Positions 1-12,214 of a DNA stretch of 64,000 nucleotides are shown piece after piece. The position numbers and the translations under genes were made by a program. Source of the stretch: Tubulanus polymorphus (lineage: Eukaryota; Animalia; Nemertea); assembly GCF_964204645.1 (NCBI RefSeq), contig NC_134029.1:12116850-12180849 (forward strand). Direction: 5' to 3'. How positions within the stretch are numbered: the stretch's first letter is position 1; each line of letters opens with the position of its first letter. Under the pieces are notes generated by a model. The model did no database searches. It saw only the letters and a program-made list of their open reading frames with translations, and was not told the origin of the DNA.

Positions 1-140
1 AATTCTTTAAGAATGATAAAATGCAATATAAACTTCTAGAACTTTGATGTCACAAATTAAAAAGATGTTTCAAGCAATGCCCTTACTCCAAACAACCTCT
101 AGCTATTAAGGTAAACCACACTTTGCCCATGGGAAATTTA
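1..140 (+). mobile_element. 3' end of Helentron-associated non-autonomous element, family D
   Basis: Near-identical to 14533-14673 and 16996-17098; ends with subterminal AGGTAAACC and hairpin TTGCCCATGGG(A/C)AA followed by a T-run. Confidence 0.7.
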
Positions 141-574
141 CTCTGGTTTTAATGTACCCGAAAGAAGTTTTCTTAAAACTATTGATGTTTGTCCAGCATC
201 TTTTCTGGATATTGGGAAACTCCATACATCACGACTAAAAATATCAATTACATTTATTATCCACCATTAATTATTATTATTTTTTAAAAGATTTTTCATA
301 TCAATTAAATCTCCCTGCCATTGTTGATCTACATAACTGACCATAGTTTTATGAGTTTTATATTTTCTTACAATCTCTTTTTGTGTTGTATATGTTGGTT
401 GTTCTAACATAAATTCATTTATATCTTTATATTTAATTAAATTTTGCCGGATTATCTTGTTTGATTCGTTGCCAAATATTTTTTTACAGAAGAATAGGCA
501 ACCGAAATCTTAGGATTATAATATAAATTTCTTAAATATTGTTCTTTAGTATTAGGAGATTGTTTACCTCCCAT
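141..574 (-). pseudogene. Polinton/Maverick (adintovirus)-type retroviral-like integrase, 5' part, frameshifted and truncated
   Basis: Manual translation from ATG 574: MGGKQSPNTKEQYLRNLYYNPKISVAYSS...(frameshift)...EQPTYTTQKEIVRKYKTHKTMVSYVDQQWQGDLIDM...*WWIINVIDIFSRDVWSFP; YYNP, QQWQxDLxDM and VIDxFS motifs are typical of Polinton integrases. Confidence 0.8.
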
Positions 575-598
575 TTATATATCATTGATATTAACTGT

Positions 599-1834
599 TT
601 ATTTTTGATATTGAATACTATGTAATTGTGAATTTGTTATATTGCGCATCAGAAATAATATATACATGCATTTTATAATTATCGATTCCTTTTTCATGAA
701 TAATTGTATTCCATCTTTTGTATTATCTAATTTTTTACCAGAGTCATGTAATGAATTATCTTCAGTTGTTCTTAAATATAACCGTAGTGCAAATTTATTA
801 CCAGTATAATAATCAATATATTTGATATTACAATTCTCAGATAATTAATTTTTTTCATTCGTGAAAGGTTTTTTTATTTCTACCCATTGATCTATCATTC
901 TCATTCCTTGACAAAATATTTTATTTGCTATTCTTTCAATAGTTATTTCTACTTTTAATATCTCAGGATTATTATATTTATCAACATCTATTGTACCATT
1001 TGAATATATTTTAGTAAAAGATATTAATATACCTTTAATTGATCTCCTTGGAAAGTTTATATTTTCATTAATCATTTCATCAGCTGAATTAATACTAACA
1101 GTTTTGAATTTATCAATATAATCATATAATAATGAAAATCCTTGATTAGTTTGAATTGTCCTCTCAAAATTTTCTTTAGTTACTGTATCATATTCTATAC
1201 ATATATTCGATAATTTATAATCCATATCTTTAATTACACTCGATAATACAATTTCATTTACAGGTGCAAAAGTTATTTCGAATATTAAATCTTCTTGAAT
1301 TGCATATTTATATAATGAAGAATTATCATTTATTAATTCAAAATCTAATGGAATTTTATATTTACTTCCATAAATGTTTTTTATTAAATTATCTGCAGCA
1401 TAAGTTACTATTGTATTATTGGCTTTTGTTCTTAATTTATCTTGATTTAAGGTTGGAATACCTTGGAAAATCATATTATTTCTATTCTCTTTAGTTAACC
1501 ATAAATCTTTATAATGCACAAATAAATTATAATCATCTAATGTATAAACAGTTTCTGTTCCAATTTGTATAGTTAATTTTTGTATTGAATATCTACCAAC
1601 ATTATCTACAACATAATTATTATCATGACCAGTTATTTCTTTATCAGCTGATAGATAGATACTATTTGGGACATAAAAAGTGTTTTGATTTAATCTCAGA
1701 ATACTAACATATACAGTTTCATTCCGATTAATACTAGAAGGATTATGAATAATTATGTGATGACAACGTTCTGCTTTAATCGCATTAGATATTCTCCTAT
1801 TTTTTGAAGGATCTATATACTTCCCATTCACCAT
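599..1834 (-). pseudogene. Polinton/adintovirus-like major capsid protein (putative double jelly-roll) with premature stop
   Basis: ORF 845..1834 (NPSSI..VPNS..VVDNVGR..YKDLW..FQGI) continues in frame past TAA 845-847 as LSENCNIKYIDYYTGNKFALRLYLRTTEDNSLHDSGKKLDNTKDGIQL...ISDAQ; intronless, very AT-rich, directly upstream of a Polinton-type integrase. Confidence 0.65.
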
Positions 1835-1861
1835 TTATTTAGAAAAGAAATTACTTATTTA

Positions 1862-2750
1862 TTTTTAGGCCAACCGTAGGCTGAGCCTATTACTATACAA
1901 ATGGAGCGAATTTAAATGACATGGTTTCCAGAGTAAAGGCTGTTTGACTGTGCAACTGAGCATATATTCATACAAATCTTTCATTAGAGCATTATCCATT
2001 CTCCAACCCCTATGAAGCTGAATTTTTGAAGAGGGCCTTGTTAAAATTTATTTGAGCTTTTTCGCGAAAATCTATCTTAAAAAGCCAATCAGAAAGCAAA
2101 GACTACTCTATGATTGGCTTACCCACAGAGATCAGCAGGTGTTTACGTGACCCACGACGGTATCGTCTACCATTTTACTTCTGGGTTTTATTTTAAGATC
2201 TAAAATTATATTTCAAGATCGATATCTGTGAAATCTTTAGTTGATTTGGTTTTTGGGAGGAATATTCTCATTTGCACTACAGAAAATATCATTGACATTT
2301 GTGCAAAGTCCGGGAAAAATGCCCTTTTCTCAAATCGGATGGATCACCTTGTTACGCTGATTAGTCATGTGCTCAAACTGCAAATTCAATCACATTTTAT
2401 TCTGCAAAAAATATCAAATCCAATTCAATTTGACTGTATTGGACAAGGTTAAACAGCAAATCCAATTCAATTTTGTTTTATTGAGCAAATTTCAGAAAAT
2501 TCAATCTACTCCGCATTCAAATCACTAAGACCAAAGGAAAAGATTTATCACAGGTATTTGTTCCTGCTAGCTCCAGTCGCTGTCCGTGCTACTTATGAAA
2601 GCACGATTGGATTGTGTAAATTATTAGCCTGGGAATGACTAGTCTATCGAGCTGGGTGTGTATTTGGACAAATTCAACCCACAAAATGCATCATTTGCCA
2701 TTTTATGAAAAGCTGACAGGCTGGACATAGTGCCCCTTGGGGCTCTTGTT
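1862..2750 (+). mobile_element. Helentron-associated (HINE/DINE-like) element, family A, copy 1
   Basis: Starts TTTTTAGGCCAACC..GGCTGAGCCT; ends CAGGCTGGAC..GCCCCTTGGGGC hairpin CTTGTT; homologous to 4269-6543 and 55896-56778. Confidence 0.75.
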
Positions 2751-2759
2751 GATTTTGCA

Positions 2760-3027
2760 AGATCCGATGCATCCTCCATCGGCAGAGCTGGATTCAAACC
2801 TGATGGCATCGCTACACTCAGCTACGACCTAACCCCTGCCACACTAGACAGAATCAGATTGCCCAATGTATAAGCGCTCAGGCAAATTTCACAGAAGAAC
2901 TATGGAAAAACCCGGGCTGAAATCAAACAGGATTTCTGATTGGTTAAATGACATCATCAGGGATTAGGTCGTGGCTGAGAATACTGTTGCCATCGTTCCA
3001 ATCCCTTCCCCGTGGAGGATAGATCTT
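2760..3027. mobile_element. Old MITE with degenerate ~70-bp terminal inverted repeats
   Basis: GATC..ATCCTCCA..GATGGCA..CTCAGCTACGACCTAACCCCTG at left is the imperfect reverse complement of CAGGGATTAGGTCGTGGCTGAG..TGCCATC..TGGAGGATAGATC at right. Confidence 0.55.
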
Positions 3028-4120
3028 GCTTTATGTGGAGCTAGGTCTACTAGACGTAGATGTGGTAGTAGGCTAAGTTAATACAAATGCTTTTCAACGG
3101 GCTGAAAGGATTGAACCCACACGAAATCCTCTTAAACAGTTTCCTGGGTTTAAAAAACTCGGAAGTGAAACCAATTGAGTCGTATTTCTAGGATTATTTG
3201 GGTAGATATGCAGCACCCAAATACACCAATAGGGTTGGAAGATAAAATCTATACCTACGTCAATGATGCTGACCTGTAAACCAGGTGAAATTTGTTTGAA
3301 ATGCATCCAAATGATGATAATTCCTGTTTTTCCGAATACGTTTCCACTGTTGCATGGGTGAGTTTAAATGACGTATCCGGATTGGTTACGTTATTTCATT
3401 TTCATGTCGGGTAGAGTTTGCAGGATCGAATAGACGACCACTCCATTCTAGTCGGTATCGGCATTTTCTTCGATGCATTTAAATAATTATAATCTGATTG
3501 CTATCACAACATTGTTTCATGCATTTTAGCCGTTAGTAAACCGAGTTGATTTTCGTCGCGAGATTAATTCGACGAATAAATTTTAAGAAATTCTAGCACA
3601 CGTATTCAGAGCGCTTTAACGCTCACCACATTGATTAGAGTGTTTATTAATGATAAGTAGTCGAATCTGAGTGAAGACACATTTTTTTATCAAAAGTTAA
3701 GTGGATATATGATAATCACGACGATTACAATTGGGTTTTCAGCAAACCCTGATAAATGCAGACCTATCCATAAAAATGGCTGCATTTGTTAAAATTGAAT
3801 TCTTCATAACATTAATATCGCCATGAAAAGTAGGAAATTTCTATTTATCTTATAACTTCATAAGTAATGACAATTGGTAAACCAATTTAACTACAATCTC
3901 GATTGTTATTGGTTGGAGTAGAGAATCACTCATTACATTTCACATCCCCAAAGAGTACCTTCACAATCTTCAGATCTTAACTGAATCACTCTAAAAACAA
4001 CTATACCCCAAACTATTGCGTGAGTATAAAGTGTTTTACTAGTTTTTTATATTTTCACGTATCACTCATGGTTCCTACAGCCCCTAAAATTCCTAAAATA
4101 AACTAAAATTCCGGGATTCC

Positions 4121-7100
4121 TTTTTTAGCCCACTTGGGACTTTAGTTCCACGGGCTATTGCGTTCACTTTTCGTCTGTCATAGCGTCCGTTCGTCCATCC
4201 ATAGACGGAATCCAGTTATTTTGGGAAGTTTTGAAGACACTTCAAGGTAATGTCTTGATATTTAGTTTATTAGGCCAGCCGTAGGCTGAGCCTATTACTA
4301 TACAAATGGAGCGAATTTAAATGACATGGTTTCCACACAAAAGACTCTTTTGCTTGTCAAGCGAGGGCATATTCGAACAAATCACGTATTTAAGCGTAAT
4401 CCATTCTCGGAATCGTAGCGAGCAGAATTTTGAAATAGGGTCTCATAAAAATGTTTTCTGCATTTTTCACGAAAGTTAAATCGGGAAAATTTCAATTTTT
4501 ATCAGCCAATCAGGAAGTTGTGTCTTCCCTGTGATTGGTTTATCTGAAAATATCAGCAGCTGTTCACGTGAATTATCGCGATTTCATTACTGGCACTTTT
4601 GCGCATGACGTCATGTATCAACACGCGACAATACTTCCGCGTTCGCTATGTGTTCGCTGATTGGCCCATTTACTGGGAAATTCCACAGAAGCCTAATGTG
4701 GGCAGCGGTTGGGCAGCCGCGGATATCTACCGGAAGTGTTCCGGTTCGATATTTCGAGGTTTCTTTGAATTTTGGAGTGATATTGAAATCCGGTAAATAC
4801 CAGCGGTAGATTGTGAAAACCCATTGCATGATATTTGTATTACTTAATCCACGAAAAGCGTCGGGGCCGCGCCAGGAGTTTTCGTGATTCAAGTAGCGCA
4901 ATAGCCTACTTCTTCGTGTTCGTCCACCTCAATTTTCATTCCGCCGATCTCTGACACGGCGCTGTCCCCGTCGGCGCTGTGATTGCACTTTCGTACCACC
5001 AAAATTTTTTATTTCTATATCAGGGAGGTCTGGAGAATAAAAAAGTCAAAATTTGGATATCACATAGGCCTGATTTCATCGAATAAGTCGACCATGGTCG
5101 TTACGTTTCCGTACTTATTACCACCTAAAACCGTCTGAACAATTTTGTCACAACCAACATTTCGTTTACAGAAATCAGGTGTTCACGTGAACCCGCGGTT
5201 TCGTCTACTGTTTTACTTCCGGGTTTTATTTTAAGATTTAAAATTGTATTTCAAGATCGATTTCTATGAAATCTTTAGTTGATTTGGTGTTTGGGAGGAA
5301 TTTTTATTTGCTCTACAGAAAATTCATCCTTGACAATTGCGCAAGATTCGCGAAAAAAATGGTTTTACCAAATCGGGTGTATGACCTTGATATGCTAATT
5401 AGCCATGTGCCCATATTGCAAATTCAATCAAATTTTATTCTGCCAAAAAAATGTTAAATACAATTCGCTTTCCGAGAGTTAATGGTATTTGCTGCATGGA
5501 ACAAAGTTGTTTTGAGATGGGTCTTGAAGCTATTGAGGTCGAGAGATAACCATCTAGATAGTTCGTGAGAGTTCCAAAGTTTTGAAGAGGCTTCAAGGTA
5601 ATGTCTTGATATTTGGTTTATACGTGTATCTACCCTAGACACATCTTCAGGCCAAAAACTGGCCCTGTCTGATTCAAGATGGCCGACTGGCAGCCATTGT
5701 TGTTCGCCAAAATCAGCACTTTTTACACATTTTTGAAGTTTTCGAGGGAAATTTTGAAGACACTTTTATCAATAACCTTGATAATTCGTATATATTTGTT
5801 TCCCCCGTGCGCCCATCGGCATGAGAAAAATTGGGTCGACCGGACTCAAGATGGCTGTACTGTGACCTTTTTTGTTCCCAAAAATGTCAATTTTGGCCTG
5901 AATTCTGAGTACTGTAGCTTTCTAATGGTGTGCCATGTTTCATTGCAATTTGTAATGGGTATTCTTTGGAAAGGGATCTTTTATATCCGAGAGGGTATTT
6001 TTGACCAGGCAATTACGACGCACTTGGCGGCCATCTTGGAGTCATCAGTACTCATTCGTAGGTGGAAAAAAGTTTTTCCACATCATAATTGATACTTAAG
6101 CATATTTTGCTACTATAATCAATTGGAAAGTTGTAGCTCATGACGTTCTATGATCGAGGTGAGTTTCAAGCTCATTGGTTTTTGTTTATGGCCACCAGGG
6201 GGCGTTGAACAATACAATAACTTAGTATTTCTACATTACATTCGTACCTATGCATATTTTGCTACCACAATCAATTGGAAAGTTGTAGCTCATGACATGG
6301 TCTATGATCTTGGTGAGTTTCAAGCTCATTGGTTTTTGTATATGGCCACCAGGGGGCGTTGAACAATACAATAACTTCGTATTTCTATATTACATTCGTT
6401 CCTGCTGTCTGTGTTAACACACGATTTTACTATGTAAATGATATTGAGCAGGGAGTGTATATTGATAAATATAACCAACAGATTACATCATTTATAAAAA
6501 GCAAATCTGACAGGCTGGCCATTGTGCCCCTTGGGGCTCTTGTACATGTATCTACCCTAGACACATCTTCAGCCCAAAAACTCGCCCTGTCAGATTCAAG
6601 TTGGCCGACTGGCAGCCATTGTTGTTTGCCAAAATCAGCACTTTTTACACATTTTCGAAGTTTTCGAGGGAAATTTTGAAGACGCTTTGATCAATTACCT
6701 TGATTTTCGATTATATTTGAATCTACCAAGGGCCCATCAGCATAAGAAAAATTGGGTCGATCGGACTCAAGATGGTCGTCCTATGACCTTTTTAGTGCCC
6801 AAAAATGTCAATTTTGGCCAGAATTCTAGGTCCTGTAGCTTCCTACTGGTTCGCGATTTCTCATTGCAATTTGTGATGGGTATTCTTTGTAAAGGGATGT
6901 TTTATACCTGAGACAGGTATTTTTGATCCGCCAATTATGACGCAATTGGCGGCCATCTTGGTGTCATCAGTACTCATTTGTAGGTGGGAAAAAGTTTTTC
7001 CACATTAAATTGATACCCAAGCATATTGTGTTACTATATTCAATTGGAAAGTTGTAGTCCATAACGTGTTCTATGATTTTGGTGAGTTTCAAGGTCATTG

Positions 7101-7656
7101 GTTTTTGTATGTGGCTACCATGGGGCGTTGAATAATACAGTAACTTAGTATTTCAATATTATATTTGTACCTATGCATACTTTGTTACCACAATCAATTG
7201 CGAAGTTGTAGCTCATGACATCTTCCATGATTTTGGTGAGTTTTTTAGTTATTCTATATGGTCACCAGGGGGCGTTGAATAGTAGAATAACTTAGTATTT
7301 CCTTATTAGATTGGTACCTAGGCATATTTTGTTACCATGATCAATTGCAAAGTTGTAGTTCATGACATCGTCTATGATTTTGGTGAGTTTTAAGGTCATT
7401 GGGTTTTGCATATGGTCACCAGGGGGCATTGAATAGTAGAATAGTATTTCCATATTAAATTGGTAACGAGGCAAATTTTGTTATCACCATCAATTACAAA
7501 ATCATAGCTGCTGACATGTTCTATGATTGTGGTGGGATTCAAGGTGATTGGTTTTTGTATATGGTCACTAGGGGGCATTATGTATTGAAATTGTTAGATT
7601 GTTGAGCATTTGAAACCAATTCCCAAGTGGGCATGGTGTCCCTGGACCCCTAGTTT
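4121..7656 (+). mobile_element. Helentron-associated element, family B, with internal ~150-bp tandem repeats
   Basis: T-run + GCCCACTTGGG at 5' end, CGTC microsatellite, inverted CCCAAGTGGGC plus GTCCCTGGAC hairpin and TAGTTT at 3' end; tandem units (CATATTTTG..GTTGTAGCTCATGAC..CACCAGGGGGCGTTGAA) at ~7010-7580. Confidence 0.75.
4269..6543 (+). mobile_element. Family A Helentron-associated element, copy 2, nested in family B
   Basis: Same termini as copy 1 (TTAGGCCAGCC...GGCTGGCCATTGTGCCCCTTGGGGCTCTTGT); family B sequence resumes at ~6544. Confidence 0.7.
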
Positions 7657-7994
7657 AGGGGAGAAATACCCTAAAATTCTGGCTTTGATACCTCAGGCCC
7701 CTAAAATACCCCTAAAATTCTGGAAATTATGTCTGTAAAGAAATTTTATGACCATTTTTTAATGTGATGCTATATGTAAAACATCATCATTGCAGGCTAT
7801 TATATTCCTTTGAATTGTGTCAAAGTTAGTAGCTCAATTCAACTCATTGTTTCGGCTGGTCATTGTAGATGTAATTAAGTGAAGTGTAAGCGCCCAAATA
7901 CAAATGGCCTATTGAATTGTACTGGCTGGTCAAGGTGATAGGGAGACTATCAATCACCTCCTGCTTATTGTTCTAGAAAGCACTAGTTAAATAC

Positions 7995-8700
7995 GGTTGT
8001 AGGTAAAATCCCCTGGGTAAAAATCCCAATATATTCAAAGTAGGTAAAAATCCCCACTTTTTGATTTTCAAGAAGTTTCAAAGCAAGATATTACTCCAAT
8101 TTCATTCATTTGCAATGAGACTGAAATATGTTTTTGAACTGTGCAATGAAATCTTTTGTTGGGATAAATTCTTAAGTTAACTTTTAGCATAAAATAAATT
8201 GCTAGAAATAATTTAATAATAATGAACTTTTTATTTGTAATATCTTAAGATTCGAACTGGGATATTTTGAACTGTGAACTCTATTTAACTCGTGGTATAT
8301 TTCAGCTGTACATTGCCATGAATTATTAGAAATAATGAACTTTTAGTTTCAAATATTTTAGATTCAAGCTAGTGTAATATAGGCTATTTGAAATGTTCAA
8401 TGAACCCTTTCATTACTGTGCTATCACTTATTGTACTAATTGAGTATTAATGAACTGTTAATTTGGAGTGTTTTAATTCAAATAGTATATACTTTAGTTT
8501 CTATGCTAATGATATACTTATTATGTTCCACAGGAAAATATGAATTAATTGGATATATGTATATATGTAAATATGAATTGATTGACTTTAAGATTGTATC
8601 TACTTAGACTGCATTCAAAAGGAGGGGGATTTTTACCTACTTTGAAAAATTGGGGATTTTTACTAAGGGGATTTTTACCTAGGGGATTTTACTGCTAACC
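7995..8700. mobile_element. Mutator-like MITE with 9-bp TSD
   Basis: TIRs GGTT..GTAAAATCCCCT.GGTAAAAATCCC built from repeated GGTAAAAATCCCC motifs; perfect 9-bp direct repeat GTTAAATAC at 7986-7994 and 8701-8709. Confidence 0.85.
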
Positions 8701-9284
8701 GTTAAATACTGGTCATATAAGCCATGTTCACCCTACCACTAGTTAGACTGGTCTAAATGTACCTGGTCCAGTCCAAATCTGAGTGGCATTCACACACGCA
8801 TTGCTACAAATTGTTATGACTGGGCCCGCAAGATGTCGCCATATTAGTTCAGTATTTACCCTGAAATTTACGAGTTACAAGTTTCTCTCCAACCATAGGT
8901 TTAGTTGGCCCCAATATTTGGAACAGACCAGATTCGCTCTTTTAGGTCAGTCTAAATAAATAATGTTCACGCAACATTAATTAGACCGGTCTAAATTTGG
9001 TCCAAATGGGACCAGACACAATAGATAAGCACTCAGCTTGGATACTTGACCTCTGAAATTTTGGTAAAAAGTCCCTTAAAAAAACCCTAAAAACCCCTAA
9101 AATTCTGGAAAGACCAATCTGTAGCAACCATGTCACTGCAAACCTGAAGCATATGTTGCTGCAGTGTATTATTGACAGGGAATCTGGCAAGCGATCTCAA
9201 AATGGTCACTTTTGAATAGTTCACCTTTGGAAACGATGCGTAGCTGTTATAGTAGGAGTTATACTATCACATAGTCACTGTTTA

Positions 9285-9570
9285 CAACCGGGTGGTTTTA
9301 CAGTCACCTCTACTGCTAGTGTGCACTTTCGAAACCATATGTTTTAAAACGGTTACTTTTCAGTAGTAGACTCTTTCATACAGCTACTATAGAAATCCAA
9401 CTGAATTGAAAGGGATACTATTTCAGAGTGACTGGTTTTAAATGTATACTACTGGAAAAGTAGCCGATATCGTTAATTGCTTATTGTTCTCAAGTGGCTA
9501 CTAAGTAATAGCAGACGTTTGAGCTCAAAAGTGCCATAGACATGTTCATGGATTTAGCCTTTCATATTTC
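9285..9570 (+). repeat. Dispersed repeat, second copy at ~19170-19447
   Basis: GGTGGTTTTACAGTCACCTCTACTGCTAGTGTGCAC...GCCTTTCATAT shared between both loci. Confidence 0.8.
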
Positions 9571-9732
9571 ATATCTAATGTCAGATCAAACATTATCAAG
9601 CGTTCAACCAGTACCCTATTACTTTTAACTAGGGATTGAGACCCTAGTTATTAAAATAGATGTAGTGCCAATGGCTTCACTGGCTAATCATTATATTAAC
9701 CTATTGACTTTCGATCTTTTGAATCTCTGAAG

Positions 9733-9915
9733 GAATTCTTTCACAACTTGGACGAAAAGATGACATACCTTACCCACCAGTAAATCTACTGGCAGACTTT
9801 GCTGGAGGTGGTCTGATGTGCATGACAGGTATTCTGTTAGCATTATATGAGAGGATGGCATCGGGTAAAGGTCAAGTGGTTGATTGCAGTATGACTGAAG
9901 GTGCATCCGCCGTAG
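9733..9915 (+). CDS. AMACR: Alpha-methylacyl-CoA racemase, internal coding exon (phase 1-1)
   Basis: AG 9731-9732 / GTAAG 9916; 183 nt encoding (G)[60 protein letters not shown], matching the [15 protein letters not shown]...GKGQVID motif; not in the ORF track. Confidence 0.93.
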
Positions 9916-9937
9916 GTAAGAGGGAGAGCTATTGTTA

Positions 9938-10830
9938 TTATTAGGGTTTTCTGTTACTTCACAGAAAACCCTATTGAGATTCGCGTGTTTCTTATTATCA
10001 TTATTTTATGTCGCACTATTCTCACTAAAAGAACATCGGCTTTGTTACCTTGCCACTGTTGCCGATACAATCCGTATGATATCCTTCAGCTCACTTCGAT
10101 CTACAAATCTCAGTTAGTTTCTTTATCGGATATTTACTACGATAAATCATTACAGTACTGAGTCGTATAGGCCTAAACTAAACATGCCGAACTGATGCAG
10201 CGGAGAAAAGCTGTTGTGGTGACGATGAATGGATTCATTACTATTACCAGTGATTCAGCTGCGGATTTCAACCATTTATCAATATTATATTTTTCCTACA
10301 GTGCATACCGATCTTTACCAAATCCACGGCATATTTACTAAATGCCTGTATATTACGCATTCTAATCTGTAAGCTGGACTCAAGCTTGATATTCGGAGTG
10401 AGCGTCTCGGATGCCGTGGTGGATAGGAGATCGTTTCTAGGTCGCTTGAGGTGTTTATTGAGTTGTACGCGACCTCTAGGCCTACTGAGCTTTACTTCCC
10501 TGTCGAATGAGCTGTAGGAATACAATGTTTAGGAGGTTGAAATTCGATAGGCCTAAGCCCATTCCGTCTGAATACAAGGCCTACGCATATACATAGGCCG
10601 ACTAGGTTAAGCTAAGTTCCCTGTAAAGGATTTATTAGAATGGTATTAGTGATTCACTGGTTCTGACTTGCAATGATCAATCACAATTATCAACGATATT
10701 TTATTGCCAAAATGAAGATCTTTTGAAAATTTCGTCAGAGCAGACTGCTTTATAAACCAGACTTTTCATTTGAGTTTTTCATCATTTATGAAACTGGTTT
10801 TTTATTAGTTCCAGTTTTATTAGTACTAGT
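9938..10830 (+). mobile_element. Helentron-associated element, family C (5' part)
   Basis: TTAGGGTTTTCTG..CAGAAAACCCTATTGAGATTCGCG start identical to 33734; body similar to ~35880-37250. Confidence 0.6.
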
Positions 10831-12214
10831 GACGAAAGGGGCTCTGATCATAAGGTTAAAGGCCCATTGGTATGAGCAGTAGATAATCGGGTGGTAAGCA
10901 CTTGAGATGGGCCGTCCCACTAGCTACAGTAACATGTTGATGATGTTTACAGTGAGTAAGGGTGGCTCACAAATGTAACTGTAGAGGTCACACTCTGTAA
11001 AATCTAACAAATTAATAAATTTTCATAAAAAGTTCTGAAGTAGTTTTAAATGGTCCAGTCTTATTGGGGGTGAAAATCTGAAGCTTGTGATCATTTTCTG
11101 TAAGAAAAGGACCAAGATTAAAGAATTTGGAGAAATTTTGAGATTTTTAAAAATTATCAATTTTTGGTTTACCTCTGTCAGCAGTATGAGGTTGGCATTG
11201 TGCCAATTCATGTAAAATCGCGGTACGTTTTTTTATGTGAGCATTTTTTTCATTGGTTCTCGGGTTAAACGACATATAATCAATGCGATTGAAGAGATGA
11301 CCTACCCCGACGATGACATGGTCAACTTTGTTTAAATTCGACGAAAAACTGTTTTTGGCGGGAAAATTCTTAGCTCTTGCGTATAAAATTGCAATGACCT
11401 CGATTGGGAGGCGTCGTCTCTACGAGCAAATGTGATTGGCTGTTTTTGGGATATATGGGGAGTTCAGGCGCTACTAAAATAATTATGGGAAAGCCATTAA
11501 TGGTGAAAGTTTCATTGGACTAGGTGCCGTATATGTGCGAATTTTAAAGGGGTCATGAAGAGGTTTTTGAGATATGGCTAAAAGTATTTTTTATTATCAA
11601 TTATAACTTATTTATTGATTCAGTGGTCAAGAAATTAATTTTTAATTCTTCAATTAGTGTTAAAACGAGACTTTTGATCGGCTGCGCTGATTCCTTCCCA
11701 ACCCGGAAGTGTGACGTCATTCTGAGAACCCAAACCAAAACAACATGGTGTAGTGTATGGAAACAACAGCGATTAAAGTGCAAAATAGTGACTCAAATAC
11801 ATCAGATTCCAATCAAACCTCTGAAGTTTAGGAAGCCAACAGTTGTTACTAATAGACAGTCGAAATCATTCCATTTAATTTGGACCTGATGCCTCAGAAG
11901 GAAGCAATTTGTGACTATAGTACAGCATATTTCTACGTCGTGGAGCAGCGAGCATTCATCATCATTTAAGTCATTCCCTCTTTGTAAAAACCATGCAGAG
12001 AGGATGACTGATATAGACATCGCAGATATTTCTGTGGGTAGAGATATTTTTATCCAGTACTGGACCATAAAAGCGTCCTGAAACCGTAAACTTGTTCGTG
12101 AATCCCAGCCCAGCCTGCGCCATCCCGGCCGTGTAATAGTAATATGTGCTGCATACATACAGTCAGTATGTTGTACATACTACAGCGATGTGGGTCACTG
12201 GGGAAAGCCAGTAC

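Noticed and set aside
2228-2452. Recurrent ORF MKSLVDLVFG.. (also 5266 and 56276)
   Set aside because: Part of non-coding family A repeat; non-ATG starts and differing frames between copies
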